Origin: Thermoanaerobaculia bacterium | GTDB lineage: Bacteria > Acidobacteriota > Thermoanaerobaculia > Gp7-AA8 | Length of the DNA: 64,000 bases | Direction: 5' to 3' | NCBI GenBank assembly: GCA_038244715.1 | Contig: JBBRTE010000016.1 | Coordinates: 13,212 to 77,211 of the forward strand | Shown: positions 7,948-18,175 of the stretch, one piece after another | Layout of the letters: every line of letters starts with the position of its first letter | Position numbering within the stretch: the stretch's first letter is position 1 | Position numbers and translations under genes: made by a program | Notes under the pieces: generated by a model | What the model saw: only the letters and a program-made list of their open reading frames with translations | What the model was told of the DNA's origin: nothing | Database searches by the model: none

Positions 7948-8532
7948 TCAACCCCGCGCCGTCTCGATCTTCGCAGCCAGCACGAAATCCGCGCGCGTCA
8001 GCCCGTCGACCTTGTGCGTCCATACGGTGATGCCCACCTTCCCCCACGCCAGCGCGATATCGGGGTGATGTCCTTCCCCCTCCGCGATCGCGCCGATACG
8101 ATTCGTGAACGCCAGCGCCTGCGCGAAATCGGGGAACGCGAACTCCTTCTGCAGATGATGCTCCTCCACGATCGTCCAGCCGCCACCGAGGAGCGCGCCG
8201 AGCCGGGTGAGCTCGTCGCCGTGGAGCGCAGGAACGCCGCCGCTACACGGGATGCACGTCTCGTTCGCCAGCGAGGTCTGCGTGTCGTCCTTGCGGATCC
8301 ACGCCGCCAGCTGGTCTGCCGTCACGCGATGCCGGAACGCCTCGGCGCCATCGATGTAGATGACCGGCACGTCGTCCGTGAACCGCGCACGGAGCAGCGG
8401 ATCGTCGTCGATGTCCACGAGCGTGATGGTGAGAGGGAGATGGTGGAGGACCACGGCCGCGCGCACAGCCGCCTCGGCGGCATCGCATAGCGTGCAGTCA
8501 CGCCGCGTGTAAAACGTCACTTCATGGCTCAT
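7948..8532 (-). CDS. glutaredoxin-like (CxxC) domain fused to pterin-4a-carbinolamine dehydratase (PCD/DCoH) domain
   Basis: N-terminus MSHEVTFYTRRDCTLCDAA... is glutaredoxin-like. C-terminus ...EGEGHHPDIALAWGKVGITVWTHKV is the PCD signature. Start chosen at the internal Met because the longer ORF overlaps the divergent SDR gene. Confidence 0.6.
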   Translation of the reverse strand: MSHEVTFYTRRDCTLCDAAEAAVRAAVVLHHLPLTITLVDIDDDPLLRARFTDDVPVIYIDGAEAFRHRVTADQLAAWIRKDDTQTSLANETCIPCSGGVPALHGDELTRLGALLGGGWTIVEEHHLQKEFAFPDFAQALAFTNRIGAIAEGEGHHPDIALAWGKVGITVWTHKVDGLTRADFVLAAKIETARG

Positions 8533-8562
8533 CGAATAGACTCCGTCGCCGAGGATACCTTG

Positions 8563-9336
8563 ATGGACGTGAATCCAAATACGACACTGGACCTTCGCGG
8601 AAAGATCGTGGTGATCACGGGCGGCTCGCGCGGGATCGGCGCCGAGACGGCGAAGCGGATGGCCGAGGCAGGGGCGCGGGTCGTGGTGAACTACCACGGG
8701 AGCGAGGAAGCGGCGCAGGCGGTGGTCAACGGCATCGGCGAGCGGGCCGTGGCGATCCGAGCGGATGTGGCTGATCCCGAGGGAGTGAAGAGGCTGATCG
8801 ACGAGGTGGTGAGGCGTTTCGAACGGATCGACGTGCTGGTCAACAACGCGGCGATGTTCGAATACAACCCGTTCGACGGCGACGACTACGCGGCCTGGCA
8901 GGCCGGGTGGAGACGAACGTTCGACCTGAACGTGTTCGCTGCGGCGAACGCGGCGTGGCTGGCGATGCAGTCGATGCGGCGAGCTGGCGGGGGCAGGATC
9001 ATCAACGTAGCGTCGCGCGCTGCCTGGCGCGGCGAGACGGAGTTTGCGGACTACGGAGCCTCAAAAGCAGCGCTGGTAAACCTGACGCGCTCGATCGCCC
9101 GCGCGTGCGCGAAAGACAACATCGTCGCGAGCTGCGTCGCCCCTGGGTTCATCGAAACGGAAATGGCGAAACCAGAGCTGGAAGCGCATCGCGAAGAGAT
9201 CCTCAATCAGATCCCGCTGCGAAGGGTGGGGAGCGTGGGGGATGTCGCTGCCGTAATCCTCTTCCTCGCGTCGCCAATGGCGGATTACCTGAACGGGGTC
9301 ACGATCGATATCAATGGAGGGTCGTGGTTCCAGTAA
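8563..9336 (+). CDS. SDR family oxidoreductase (3-oxoacyl-ACP reductase-like)
   Basis: GKIVVITGGSRGIGAE (TGxxxGxG), NNAA and Y..ASKAA catalytic motifs. Confidence 0.85.
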   Translation: MDVNPNTTLDLRGKIVVITGGSRGIGAETAKRMAEAGARVVVNYHGSEEAAQAVVNGIGERAVAIRADVADPEGVKRLIDEVVRRFERIDVLVNNAAMFEYNPFDGDDYAAWQAGWRRTFDLNVFAAANAAWLAMQSMRRAGGGRIINVASRAAWRGETEFADYGASKAALVNLTRSIARACAKDNIVASCVAPGFIETEMAKPELEAHREEILNQIPLRRVGSVGDVAAVILFLASPMADYLNGVTIDINGGSWFQ

Positions 9337-9631
9337 CAGGATCCTCATCGGAACGCCGATGGAGATTCGCGGGAATCGGCGCAATGATCATAGGCTTCAA
9401 AGCCTCATTGGCGTGTCTACATCGACCGAGGAAGCGACTCTCCGCTCCTTCTCTGCGCCATTGCTTCACATCCATCGAGATCGCCTGTTGTCTGTTTGAG
9501 TAAGCGAGTGCGCCCGCCGCCTGCTATCGGTTGCAGCGGACACGCTGCCGCAACCTGGCGCGTGGCTGTGCGATACTTCGGCGCGCGGGATGGTGTCGCT
9601 GAACCGAAGGGCGTCGCCGCACCCGATCATG

Positions 9632-10150
9632 ACCCTCGAACCCGCGCTACCTGAGCTTGGGGAGCCACCTGTCCTATCGCTCGGTGCCTTCCGGCTCCGA
9701 CCGCTCCCGCCTGACGATGCTATCCAGTGGCCGGCGTATCTCTCCGATCCTCGCGTTACGCTTCACACCAGCTGGGGTTCGACGGATCTCGCCACTATCG
9801 ATACCCTTGTAAAACGTCTTCTCGCTGACTACGCCACCAAAGCCATCATGGCGATGGGCCATCGCGCGAGACGTGGACGATTGCCTTGTGGGTGTCTGCG
9901 GCTTCTCCACGTGGTCAACGGTCCATCGCGCGGCCGAGCTCGTCTACGATCTCTCGCGCGAGTGCCATTGCACTTAGTTCTTGAATTCGCGCTGGCTAAC
10001 TATGCGATGGTCCTGACGGGCCGGCTCCGAAGGGGACCGACCGCATCCGGGTCACATGGCCGGCGTCGACCAGGGCCGTCTCGAACTCAAGGGAGGAGGC
10101 AATGCGTAGAAGGCGGCATCCGCGCCGATGGACCAGGTAACGCGCTACGA
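9632..10150 (+). pseudogene. GNAT family N-acetyltransferase (RimJ/RimL-like), disrupted by at least two frameshifts
   Basis: Frame 1 gives FRLRPLPPDDAIQWPAYLSDPRVT... Continuation of GNAT motifs is only found in other frames: RWAIARDVDDCLVGVCGFSTWSTVHRAAELVYDLSRE, then PLHLVLEFALANYAM, then GRLELKGG. Confidence 0.4.
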
Positions 10151-10319
10151 GAATAGCCTGCGTACAGCAACGTCGTGAAGGGCGTGCGCAACGCGGAAAG
10201 CCGAGGGATTCCGAAAGGCGACCGGGGGCCGGAGCTCTACTGGAAAGAAGGGCGCGCCCATGTCTTACTGCGTGACTTTATGGCTGCTGCCATCGCCTTC
10301 CGGAACGCAGAGACGCACA

Positions 10320-11888
10320 TCAAAACCCCATATCCCGATGCTCGCCGAAGGTTTTCTTCAGCGTAGCCACGATCTCTCCAACCGTGCACTGCTGGCGCAC
10401 GCACTCCACGATGAACGGCATCAGGTTGCGCCCATCCCCGGCTGCGGCGTTCAGCGCCGCCCGCGCCGATTCCACGTCGCCCGTCCTGCCCGCGCGAAAC
10501 GCGTTGAGCCGCGCGACCTGATCGCGCTCGACGCGTTCGTCGATCTCCATGATCGGCAGCGTGGCCGAACCGTCGTCGACGAACTCGTTCACGCCCACGA
10601 CGATGGCCCGCTTCTCTTCGAGCGCGCGTTGCGCCTGATACGCCGACTCCCCGATCTCGTGCTGGATGAATCCCGACTCGATGGCGGCGCGCGCCCCGCC
10701 CATGGCGTCGATGCGCTCGATCAGCGCGCGCGCCTCGCGGGCGATGTCGAGCGTGCGCGCTTCGATCTCGTACGAACCTGCCAGCGGATCGGCGAAGTGC
10801 GTGACGCCGGTCTCGTGCGCGAGCACCTGCTGCGTCCGCAATGCGATCTTCGCCGACTCCTCCGTCGGAAGCGCCAGCGCCTCATCGCGCGAGTTCGTGT
10901 GCAGCGACTGGCAGCCGCCCAGAACCGCGGCCATGGCCTGGTAGGCCACGCGCACGACGTTGTTCTCCGGCTGTTGTGCCGTCAGGGTGGATCCGGCTGT
11001 CTGCGCGTGGAAACGGAGAGCCAGCGACTTCGGATCCTTCGGCGCATAGCGTTCGCGCATCAGCTGCGCCCACAGTTTGCGTGCCGCCCGGAACTTGGCT
11101 ACCTCTTCCAGAAAATCGTTGTGGGCATTGAAGAAAAAGGAGATCCGCGGAGCAAAGGAATCGATGCTCAGACCGCGGTCGACGGCCGCCTGGACATACT
11201 GCAGGCCGTTCGCCAGCGTGAACGCGACTTCCTGCACGGCGGTCGATCCCGCCTCGCGGATGTGGTAGCCGGAGACGGAGATCGTGTTCCAGCGCGGGAC
11301 TTCCTTCGCGCAGAACTCGAAGATATCCGTCACGATGCGCAGCGAGGGCGCCGGGGGGAAGATGTAGGTTCCTCGCGCCGAATATTCCTTGAGAATGTCG
11401 TTCTGAATCGTGCCGGAGAGCGCCGACCAGGCGATCCCCCGCCGCTCCGCCACCACCAGCAGCAGGGCCAGGAGAATGGAGGCGGGCGCGTTGATCGTCA
11501 TCGAGATCGACACGCGGTCGAGCGGGATGCTGTCGAACAGAAGCTCCACGTCGTCGATCGAGTCGATGGCCACGCCGACGTTCCCGACTTCCCCCCGGGC
11601 GCGTGGGTCGTCCGAGTCCATCCCGATCTGCGTAGGGAGATCGAATGCCACTGAGAGCCCGGTCGTTCCGCGCTCCAGCAGATAGCGATAACGCTTGTTT
11701 GACTCCGCGGCGGTCGAAAACCCGGCGTACTGCCGCATCGTCCACAACTTCCCCCGGTACATCGATGCCTGCGGCCCGCGGGTGTACGGAAACCGGCCCG
11801 GCTCTCCCAAGTCGGCATCGGGATTGAAGTCACGTTCTGAGAGATCGTTCGCGTCGAAAAACAACTTCTCGTCGGCCATCGGAGCCAT
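10320..11888 (-). CDS. methylmalonyl-CoA mutase family, catalytic (substrate-binding) subunit without fused B12-binding domain
   Basis: 522 aa; FPYTRG, RQYAGF and [12 protein letters not shown] are typical of MCM/ICM large subunits. Ends before the C-terminal cobalamin-binding domain. Confidence 0.85.
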   Translation of the reverse strand: MAPMADEKLFFDANDLSERDFNPDADLGEPGRFPYTRGPQASMYRGKLWTMRQYAGFSTAAESNKRYRYLLERGTTGLSVAFDLPTQIGMDSDDPRARGEVGNVGVAIDSIDDVELLFDSIPLDRVSISMTINAPASILLALLLVVAERRGIAWSALSGTIQNDILKEYSARGTYIFPPAPSLRIVTDIFEFCAKEVPRWNTISVSGYHIREAGSTAVQEVAFTLANGLQYVQAAVDRGLSIDSFAPRISFFFNAHNDFLEEVAKFRAARKLWAQLMRERYAPKDPKSLALRFHAQTAGSTLTAQQPENNVVRVAYQAMAAVLGGCQSLHTNSRDEALALPTEESAKIALRTQQVLAHETGVTHFADPLAGSYEIEARTLDIAREARALIERIDAMGGARAAIESGFIQHEIGESAYQAQRALEEKRAIVVGVNEFVDDGSATLPIMEIDERVERDQVARLNAFRAGRTGDVESARAALNAAAGDGRNLMPFIVECVRQQCTVGEIVATLKKTFGEHRDMGF

Positions 11889-11950
11889 GATAGCGGGCGC
11901 ACTTCGGGCCGCTCGGTATAATTCACTCCCTTTTTGCTCACCCCTCGATC

Positions 11951-13111
11951 ATGAGTGTCAGCGGCAACCTCAAAACAATGCTTCCGGGCGATCTGCTCCA
12001 ATGGCTGAGCCTCGGCCAGAAGAGCGGCACGCTCGTGGTCCGGAACAAGGCCGTCGAGAAAAAGATCTTTTTCGGTAACGGGCGCGTGATCTCCTCCGCC
12101 TCGAACGATCCTCGCGAGTATCTCGGCCAGTTCCTCATGAGCCACGGCTACATCACCGAACCGGAACTGGTGAAGGCGATGGAGGTCCAGTCGCAGTCGC
12201 GCATCCTCCTCGGAAAAATCCTCGTCGTCATCGGCGTGATTTCGGAGGAGGACCTGCAACGTCTCATGCGCCTCAAGGCCGAGGAGGCGATCTACGACAT
12301 CTTTCTCTGGAACGAGGGGGAGTTCGAGTTCCTCGATGAAGTTCCGGACATGGAGATGATCCCGCTCAAGGTCGACGTCACCGGTCTGATCATGGAAGGC
12401 ACGCGGCGTGTCGATGAGTGGAACCGGATCAACACGCTCATCACGCACGAGGCCCTCGTCCCGACGCTCCTCAAAGAGGTCCCCGAGGAGGCGCTGGAGG
12501 ATGACGCGGAGCGGACGGTGGTCAATGCCATCGACGGCCGGCGATCGCTCGCGGAGCTCGTGCTGGAAAGCCGGTCCTCATCGTTCAACGTCGCCTCGAC
12601 GGTCTATCACCTGACGCGCGAGGGCTATCTCTCACTCGCCGATCCGACAATCGTCCCGCTGGTTCCCCCGGATGACGCCTCTCCCGCGATCGACGCGCCC
12701 CTGCCCTCCTTCGACGAATTCTCCGAAGACGACGAGATCATGTCGATGATCACCCGCGCGCAGCAGGCCATGCGCGCCCGCGACTACGAGAAAGCACAGA
12801 GGCTGCTCAAAGCCGCGGAAAACCTCGATCCCACGCATTCACGCGTGCGCAACGCCATCAAAGGTGCCGAATCGGCGATCCTCTCCGACCTGCGCAGCCA
12901 GGGGCTGCACGACCTCAAGGTCCCTCGTGTCGCCAAAGCGCTGGAAGAGATCACCCAGATGAACTTCACGCCGAATGAAGGCTTCATCCTCTCCCGCATC
13001 AACGGCCAATGGGACCTCGGCTCGCTGATCAAGATCTCCCCGATCCGCGAACCCGATGCGATGCTCATCTTCTACAAACTCTGGAAAGACGGCATCATCT
13101 CGCTCGACTAA
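11951..13111 (+). CDS. DUF4388 domain protein
   Basis: N-terminal GNLKTMLPGDLLQWLSLGQKSGTLVV resembles the DUF4388 signature. Acidic, disordered central region. Confidence 0.55.
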   Translation: MSVSGNLKTMLPGDLLQWLSLGQKSGTLVVRNKAVEKKIFFGNGRVISSASNDPREYLGQFLMSHGYITEPELVKAMEVQSQSRILLGKILVVIGVISEEDLQRLMRLKAEEAIYDIFLWNEGEFEFLDEVPDMEMIPLKVDVTGLIMEGTRRVDEWNRINTLITHEALVPTLLKEVPEEALEDDAERTVVNAIDGRRSLAELVLESRSSSFNVASTVYHLTREGYLSLADPTIVPLVPPDDASPAIDAPLPSFDEFSEDDEIMSMITRAQQAMRARDYEKAQRLLKAAENLDPTHSRVRNAIKGAESAILSDLRSQGLHDLKVPRVAKALEEITQMNFTPNEGFILSRINGQWDLGSLIKISPIREPDAMLIFYKLWKDGIISLD

Positions 13112-13197
13112 AAGAGAGACCTGCGCCCCGATTTCGCGCGAGGCGCTTTGGACTGCGGTGGCGTCAGCCACCGCTTTGGGCGGGGCGCAGATTCAGG

Positions 13198-14295
13198 CTA
13201 CTTCCCGCTCCATGCGTCGATCATCGTCATGAACTCGCCGAACAGGTGAAACGAGTCGTGCGGACCGGGCGCCGCCTCGGGATGGTACTGAACCGCCAGG
13301 ACCGGCTCGCGGCGATGGCGGAACCCTTCCAGCGTCTGATCGTTGAGGTTGATGTGGGTCGGCTCGACGTCATTCTCGTTCAGCGAGTCGGGATCGACCG
13401 AGAAGCCGTGGTTCTGCGCGGTGATCTCCACACGGCCGTTGCGCAAGTCCTTGACTGGATGATTTCCGCCGCGGTGTCCGAACTTTAGTTTGTAGGTGCG
13501 CCCGCCGAGAGCGAGACCGAGGAGCTGGTGGCCGAGGCAGATCCCGAAGATGGGGAGTTTGCCGATGAGATGGCGGATGTTCTCCTGCGCATACGTCACC
13601 GGCTCGGGATCGCCGGGTCCATTGGAGAGCATCAGGCCGTCGAAGTGCTGCGCCAGGATCTCGTCGGCGTGGGTCGTGGCGGGATAGACCGTCACGTCGC
13701 AACCGGCGCGTGAGAGGTGGCGGAGGATGTCGCGTTTGACGCCGAAGTCGTAGAGCGCGATGCGTTTCGTAGGATTGGCAGGCGGCTCGTTGAAGTGGTA
13801 CGGACGGAGCGCCGTCACGCGCTGCACGAGGTCGAGGCCGCTCATGGACGGCGCCTGGCGAATCTCTTCGACCACGCTGGCGACGGAGCGTTCGTTCTCG
13901 CCCGTGATCATGCCGCGCATCGCCCCTTCGTTGCGGATCCTGCGGGTCAGCGCGCGCGTGTCGATGCCCTGAATCGCGCTGATGCCGGTGCGCGCGAAGT
14001 AGTCCGGAAGCGACTCCTCTGAATGCGCGTTGGAGGGCTCGGCGATGGCGTCGCGCACGACGAAGCCGGCCACCTGCGGGTGCTCGTGCTGCGCGACGTC
14101 CGTCTCGATGCCGTAGTTTCCGATGTGCGGATACGTCATCACGACGATCTGGAATCGATACGAGGGGTCCGTGGCGATCTCCTGGTATCCAGCCATCGAC
14201 GTGTTGAACACGACTTCGCCGATCGTGTTGGCGGTGGCGCCAAACGACGCCCCTTCGTACACAGTTCCATCTTCGAGAATCAAGCGGGCAGGCAT
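13198..14295 (-). CDS. carA: carbamoyl-phosphate synthase small subunit
   Basis: MPARLILEDGTVYEG start. Glutamine amidotransferase triad region GICLGHQLL ... HPE. Start set at the internal Met; the longer ORF reads into the upstream repeat element. Confidence 0.9.
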   Translation of the reverse strand: MPARLILEDGTVYEGASFGATANTIGEVVFNTSMAGYQEIATDPSYRFQIVVMTYPHIGNYGIETDVAQHEHPQVAGFVVRDAIAEPSNAHSEESLPDYFARTGISAIQGIDTRALTRRIRNEGAMRGMITGENERSVASVVEEIRQAPSMSGLDLVQRVTALRPYHFNEPPANPTKRIALYDFGVKRDILRHLSRAGCDVTVYPATTHADEILAQHFDGLMLSNGPGDPEPVTYAQENIRHLIGKLPIFGICLGHQLLGLALGGRTYKLKFGHRGGNHPVKDLRNGRVEITAQNHGFSVDPDSLNENDVEPTHINLNDQTLEGFRHRREPVLAVQYHPEAAPGPHDSFHLFGEFMTMIDAWSGK

Positions 14296-14342
14296 CGGGG
14301 GCGGATTATACGCAGGGCGGGGGCGGGTATCGCTGACTGCGA

Positions 14343-14402
14343 GCCCCTCATCCGGCCGTCGGCCACCTTCTCCCCGCTGCCGCGGGGCGAAGGACCTCAC
14401 GA
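14343..14402. repeat. dispersed ~60-bp hairpin repeat, copy A
   Basis: GCCCCTCATCCGGCCGTCGGCCACCTTCTCCCCGCTGCCGCGGGGCGAAGGACCTCACG. Contains GGCCG-T-CGGCC and CCTTCTCCCC/GGGG(C/A)GAAGG stems. Near-identical copies at 14526-14585 (inverted) and 36502-36560. Confidence 0.7.
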
Positions 14403-14525
14403 TTTCGTTTCGCCATTACTGAAGAAAAGAGTCTACCGATCGTCTCAAAGCTGTTTCAACGCCTCGTCTTAGGACGTGGCGGCGATCAGATGAGAGACAT
14501 TTCGTGCAAATCCCGAACTCCGAAT

Positions 14526-14585
14526 CGCGAGGTCCTTCGCCCCGCAACGCGGGGAGAAGGTGGCCGAAGGCCGGATGAGGGGCTG
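14526..14585. repeat. dispersed ~60-bp hairpin repeat, copy B (inverted relative to copy A, ~120 bp away)
   Basis: The reverse complement matches copy A over ~60 nt with about 5 mismatches. Confidence 0.7.
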
Positions 14586-14649
14586 ACGCTGTTGCGGGAC
14601 TGGCACCAAACGCCTGCCATCGCTAGCGACTGCGAGGCTGCGCGATGCC

Positions 14650-15873
14650 CTATTCGTGCCGCAGTGCATCCACCGGATTCAACCTTGCCGCCCGCAGGGA
14701 CGGCAGAATCGTCGCCCCAAACGACACGAACAGCGAGAACGACGCGATGATCGCAAGATCGCTCGCCCTCGTCACGAACGGAATCGACGACACGAAGTAC
14801 ACCTGCGCGATCTCCGGCGGGAAGGAGACCAGGTGATAGCGGGTGATCAGCCAGCAGATCACGACGCCCAGGAACATCCCCGTGACGGTTCCCAGAACCC
14901 CGACCATCGTTCCGTACCAGATGAAGACGCGGCGCACCGTCCGCGACTCCGCACCCATCGACGCGAGGATGCCGATCTCCTTCCGCTTCTCGTGCACCGT
15001 CATGATCAGCGTCGAGACGATGTTGAACGTCGAGACGAACACGATCAGTCCGATGACGATGAACAGCACCAGTTGCTGGATCTTCAGCATGGAGAAGAGT
15101 TGGCGGTTCATGTCGCGCCAGTCGCTGATCGCGTACTGGTGCCCGGTGCGCACGTCGATTTCGCGGGAGACTGCATCGAGATCGGCTCCCGGAACGAGCT
15201 TCACCTCCAGAAGGTTGGCCGACGCCGGGGCCTGCAGGAGCTGCTGCGCCTCATTCAGATCGATGAAGAGCCAGCGCGCATCGAACTCATAGAACCCGGT
15301 GTCGAAGACGTTCGTCACGACAAACGACTCCGTCCGCGGCAGGAAACTTCCACCATCTTCCACAGGTACGGTGACGCTGATCGAGTGCCCGGCGGACACC
15401 CCGAGCTTCGTGGCCAGATAGCGGCCGATGGCGACGCCGCGTTCCCCTTGCGCCGTGTCGAAGGCCCCACGCTGCCCGACGATCTTCGCCAGCATCGGCG
15501 AGTGCTTCGCCCGTGCCGGCTCGATGCCCTTGAGCATCGCCTCGGTTCCCGTCGCGCTGCGCTCCGTCGTCACCAGCGCGTTCTTGAAGAGCACCGGAGC
15601 CGCCTCGGCGACCCCTGGAGTGCCGCGAATCCTGGCGATCAGATGTCCGGCGTCTTCGATCGGTCCGCCCACCGAGTAGACGAAGATCTCCGCGTTGCCG
15701 CCCAGCAGCTTCTTCTGCAGGTCGCCGCGATAGCCGGTCATGAGGGCCATCGAGATCACCAGGGCCATGACTCCGATGACGAGGCCGAGGACGGAGACGA
15801 AACCGACGGCGGAGACGAGCCGGTCGGTCGGCCGTCGCAGGTAGCGCCATGCGATCTCGCGAGGAAGATTCAT
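14650..15873 (-). CDS. ABC transporter permease, LolC/LolE (FtsX) family
   Basis: MNLPREIAWRYLRRP N-terminus, large periplasmic loop, C-terminal FtsX-type 3-TM bundle ending LNPVDALRHE. Confidence 0.8.
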   Translation of the reverse strand: MNLPREIAWRYLRRPTDRLVSAVGFVSVLGLVIGVMALVISMALMTGYRGDLQKKLLGGNAEIFVYSVGGPIEDAGHLIARIRGTPGVAEAAPVLFKNALVTTERSATGTEAMLKGIEPARAKHSPMLAKIVGQRGAFDTAQGERGVAIGRYLATKLGVSAGHSISVTVPVEDGGSFLPRTESFVVTNVFDTGFYEFDARWLFIDLNEAQQLLQAPASANLLEVKLVPGADLDAVSREIDVRTGHQYAISDWRDMNRQLFSMLKIQQLVLFIVIGLIVFVSTFNIVSTLIMTVHEKRKEIGILASMGAESRTVRRVFIWYGTMVGVLGTVTGMFLGVVICWLITRYHLVSFPPEIAQVYFVSSIPFVTRASDLAIIASFSLFVSFGATILPSLRAARLNPVDALRHE

Positions 15874-15940
15874 CGGCGCGTAGTGTACGAGCAGTCCATG
15901 GCCACGGGACCAAGCATCAAACTTGCTCTGTCTCCCATCC

Positions 15941-16609
15941 ATGAACCTCAAGGGAATGATCTTCGACGTCGACGGAACGCTCGTCAACTCCAACGAGGCG
16001 CACGTCCGTTGCTGGGTGGAGGCCTTTGCTCACTTCGGCAAGGCCCTCGATCCGGAGACGATCCGCCCTCACATGGGAAAAGGCGGCGACCTTCTCGTCC
16101 CGGACCTGGTGACTTCCCGGGAGATGCGGAGGTTCGGTGAGGAGCTGAAGACGTTCCGATCACTGCTCTTCAGGAAAAAGTACCTGACTGAGGTCAGGCC
16201 CTTCCCGCACGTCCGCGGGCTGTTCGAGACACTGTACGGACGCGGCATCAAGCTGGCGCTCGCTTCGTCTGCCGACGAAGAGGAGGTGAAGTACTATTCC
16301 GGCCTCCTTGGGGTGGACGACCTGCTGGCGGGATCGACGTCAAAACGTGACGCGGACTTCTCCAAGCCCTCCCCGGAGATTTTTCTGGCAGCCCTCGCCC
16401 GGATCGGCACGGAGACCCACGACACAATTACGGTCGGCGACACGCCCTACGACATCCTGGCTTCCCATCGCGCTGCAATGGCCATCGCGGCAGTGCGGTC
16501 CGGCGGTTTCGCGCAGGACGACCTGCAGAACGCAGAATTTCTCTTCGACGATGTCGAGGAACTGGTGAGAGAGATCGATCGAATCGATGACTACTTCAAC
16601 CATGAATGA
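15941..16609 (+). CDS. HAD family hydrolase (phosphatase-like)
   Basis: MIFDVDGTLV (DxDGT motif I), S/T motif II, and K...GDTPYD motifs. Confidence 0.75.
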   Translation: MNLKGMIFDVDGTLVNSNEAHVRCWVEAFAHFGKALDPETIRPHMGKGGDLLVPDLVTSREMRRFGEELKTFRSLLFRKKYLTEVRPFPHVRGLFETLYGRGIKLALASSADEEEVKYYSGLLGVDDLLAGSTSKRDADFSKPSPEIFLAALARIGTETHDTITVGDTPYDILASHRAAMAIAAVRSGGFAQDDLQNAEFLFDDVEELVREIDRIDDYFNHE

Positions 16610-17735
16610 GCCGGCGACGGCCGGCACCGCATCCTCCCTCCACAACCGCGCAATCATCGTCGACGGTCATTGTGATACGCCCTATCGCCTCATCCGGCGC
16701 AATCTGCATCTCGAAGAGCACGATCCAGAGGCGCAGGTCGATCTGAAGTCGCTGCGTGCGAGCGGCATCACGGCGTCGTTCTTCGCCTCGTACGTGCCGC
16801 CGTTCTACGCCGGGCGCGGAGCGGCGCAGTTCGCCTACCGCCTCATCGACCTGATTCACAGCGAAGCGCGCAGAAACCCCGACGTGCTGACGTTCTGCTC
16901 GGACTCTTCCGGCATCCGCAAAGCGAAGGCAGACGGCAAGACCGCCCTGATGATCGGCGTCGAAGGCGGCCACGCCATCGAAGACTCGCTCGACATCCTC
17001 CGCGACTTCTATTCGCGCGGCGTTCGCTACCTCACCCTCACGCACGTCAACACGAACAACTGGTGCGATTCTTCGGGAGATGCTCCACGGCACAACGGCC
17101 TGACCGACTTTGGGCGCGACGTCGTGCGCACGATGAATGACCTCGGCATGATCGTGGACATCTCCCACGTCTCCGATCCCGCCTACTACGCGGTGCTCGA
17201 GACGACCCGCCTGCCGGTCGTGGCCACACACTCGTCGTGCCGCGCGCTCTGCCGCCATCCTCGCAACATGACCGACGACATGCTGCGCGATCTGGCGAAG
17301 AACGGCGGCATCTGCATGATCAACTTCTTCTCGGCCTTCCTGAACGACCGCGTGGCCGAAGTGATCATGAACTCGCAGAAGCGGGCGCGCGGTGAAGCGG
17401 AGAGCGGACCGGAAGAGATGCCCGACGACGCCACCGACTGGGACCTCTATCTCCAGTGGTTCAACACCCTGGGCTGCCCGCAGGCGACGCTCGACGACGC
17501 CGCCGATCACATCTTCCACGCGGCCGAAGTCGCGGGCATCGATCATGTCGGGATCGGAAGCGACTTCGACGGCGTCCCCGCGCTGCCCGCCGGGCTGCAG
17601 ACGGCGACCGGGTTGCCGCTGCTCACGGCCCGCCTGCTCGAGCGCGGGATGTCCGAAACGGATGTGGAGAAAATCCTCGGCCGAAACTTCCTGCGCGTCT
17701 TCGAACAGATCGAAGCGGGACGGCGGGCAGGGTAA
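16587..17735 (+). CDS. membrane dipeptidase, peptidase family M19
   Basis: AIIVDGHCDTP, GVEGGHAIE and HVSD metal-ligand motifs of renal-dipeptidase family enzymes. Confidence 0.85.
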   Translation: MTTSTMNEPATAGTASSLHNRAIIVDGHCDTPYRLIRRNLHLEEHDPEAQVDLKSLRASGITASFFASYVPPFYAGRGAAQFAYRLIDLIHSEARRNPDVLTFCSDSSGIRKAKADGKTALMIGVEGGHAIEDSLDILRDFYSRGVRYLTLTHVNTNNWCDSSGDAPRHNGLTDFGRDVVRTMNDLGMIVDISHVSDPAYYAVLETTRLPVVATHSSCRALCRHPRNMTDDMLRDLAKNGGICMINFFSAFLNDRVAEVIMNSQKRARGEAESGPEEMPDDATDWDLYLQWFNTLGCPQATLDDAADHIFHAAEVAGIDHVGIGSDFDGVPALPAGLQTATGLPLLTARLLERGMSETDVEKILGRNFLRVFEQIEAGRRAG

Positions 17736-17745
17736 ACTCCGGGCC

Positions 17746-18147
17746 ATGGCAAACGACGTCCAACAACTGCGCGACCTGACGCGCGCGTATTGGGCCGGGA
17801 AACCGGTCGAGTGCCCCAAGCACAAGGGCGCGATCATGACGGGAAGCTTCGTGCGGACGACCTTCGCCGATCACATCTTCCTCACCTGCCCGCGCGGCGA
17901 GACGATCACAATCCCGCAACGGCCGAAGCAGATGGAGTTTCATCGCCAGCAGGTCGAAGGTTTCCTCGAGAACATCGAGCGCGGCGATGCCAACCTCTGC
18001 TATCGCTGCCAGTCGGAACTGGAGGTCGAATCCTTCTCCGATCCAGTCACCGGCCTCTCCGGCTACTCATTCACCTGCGTACGCTGCCTCTCGTACGGAA
18101 CGTGGAACGGGCAGACGACGGAACTGGCAGTCGTCGACAGCCGCTGA
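17746..18147 (+). CDS. hypothetical Cys-rich protein (two CxxC-type pairs, zinc-ribbon-like)
   Basis: ATG 17746 directly after the dipeptidase stop. Motifs CPKHKG, CPRGE, CYRCQ, CVRC. Confidence 0.45.
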   Translation: MANDVQQLRDLTRAYWAGKPVECPKHKGAIMTGSFVRTTFADHIFLTCPRGETITIPQRPKQMEFHRQQVEGFLENIERGDANLCYRCQSELEVESFSDPVTGLSGYSFTCVRCLSYGTWNGQTTELAVVDSR

Positions 18148-18175
18148 ACGCGGTCGACAACCCGCTGGCGGCCCA

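Noticed and set aside
10260-11654. 464-aa plus-strand ORF
   Set aside because: Antisense to the methylmalonyl-CoA mutase gene, which has clear family motifs.
14656-16140. 494-aa plus-strand ORF (R/D/H-rich)
   Set aside because: Antisense to the LolC/E permease. Reads through the HAD gene in the wrong frame.
16596-17837. 413-aa minus-strand ORF
   Set aside because: Antisense to the M19 dipeptidase gene.
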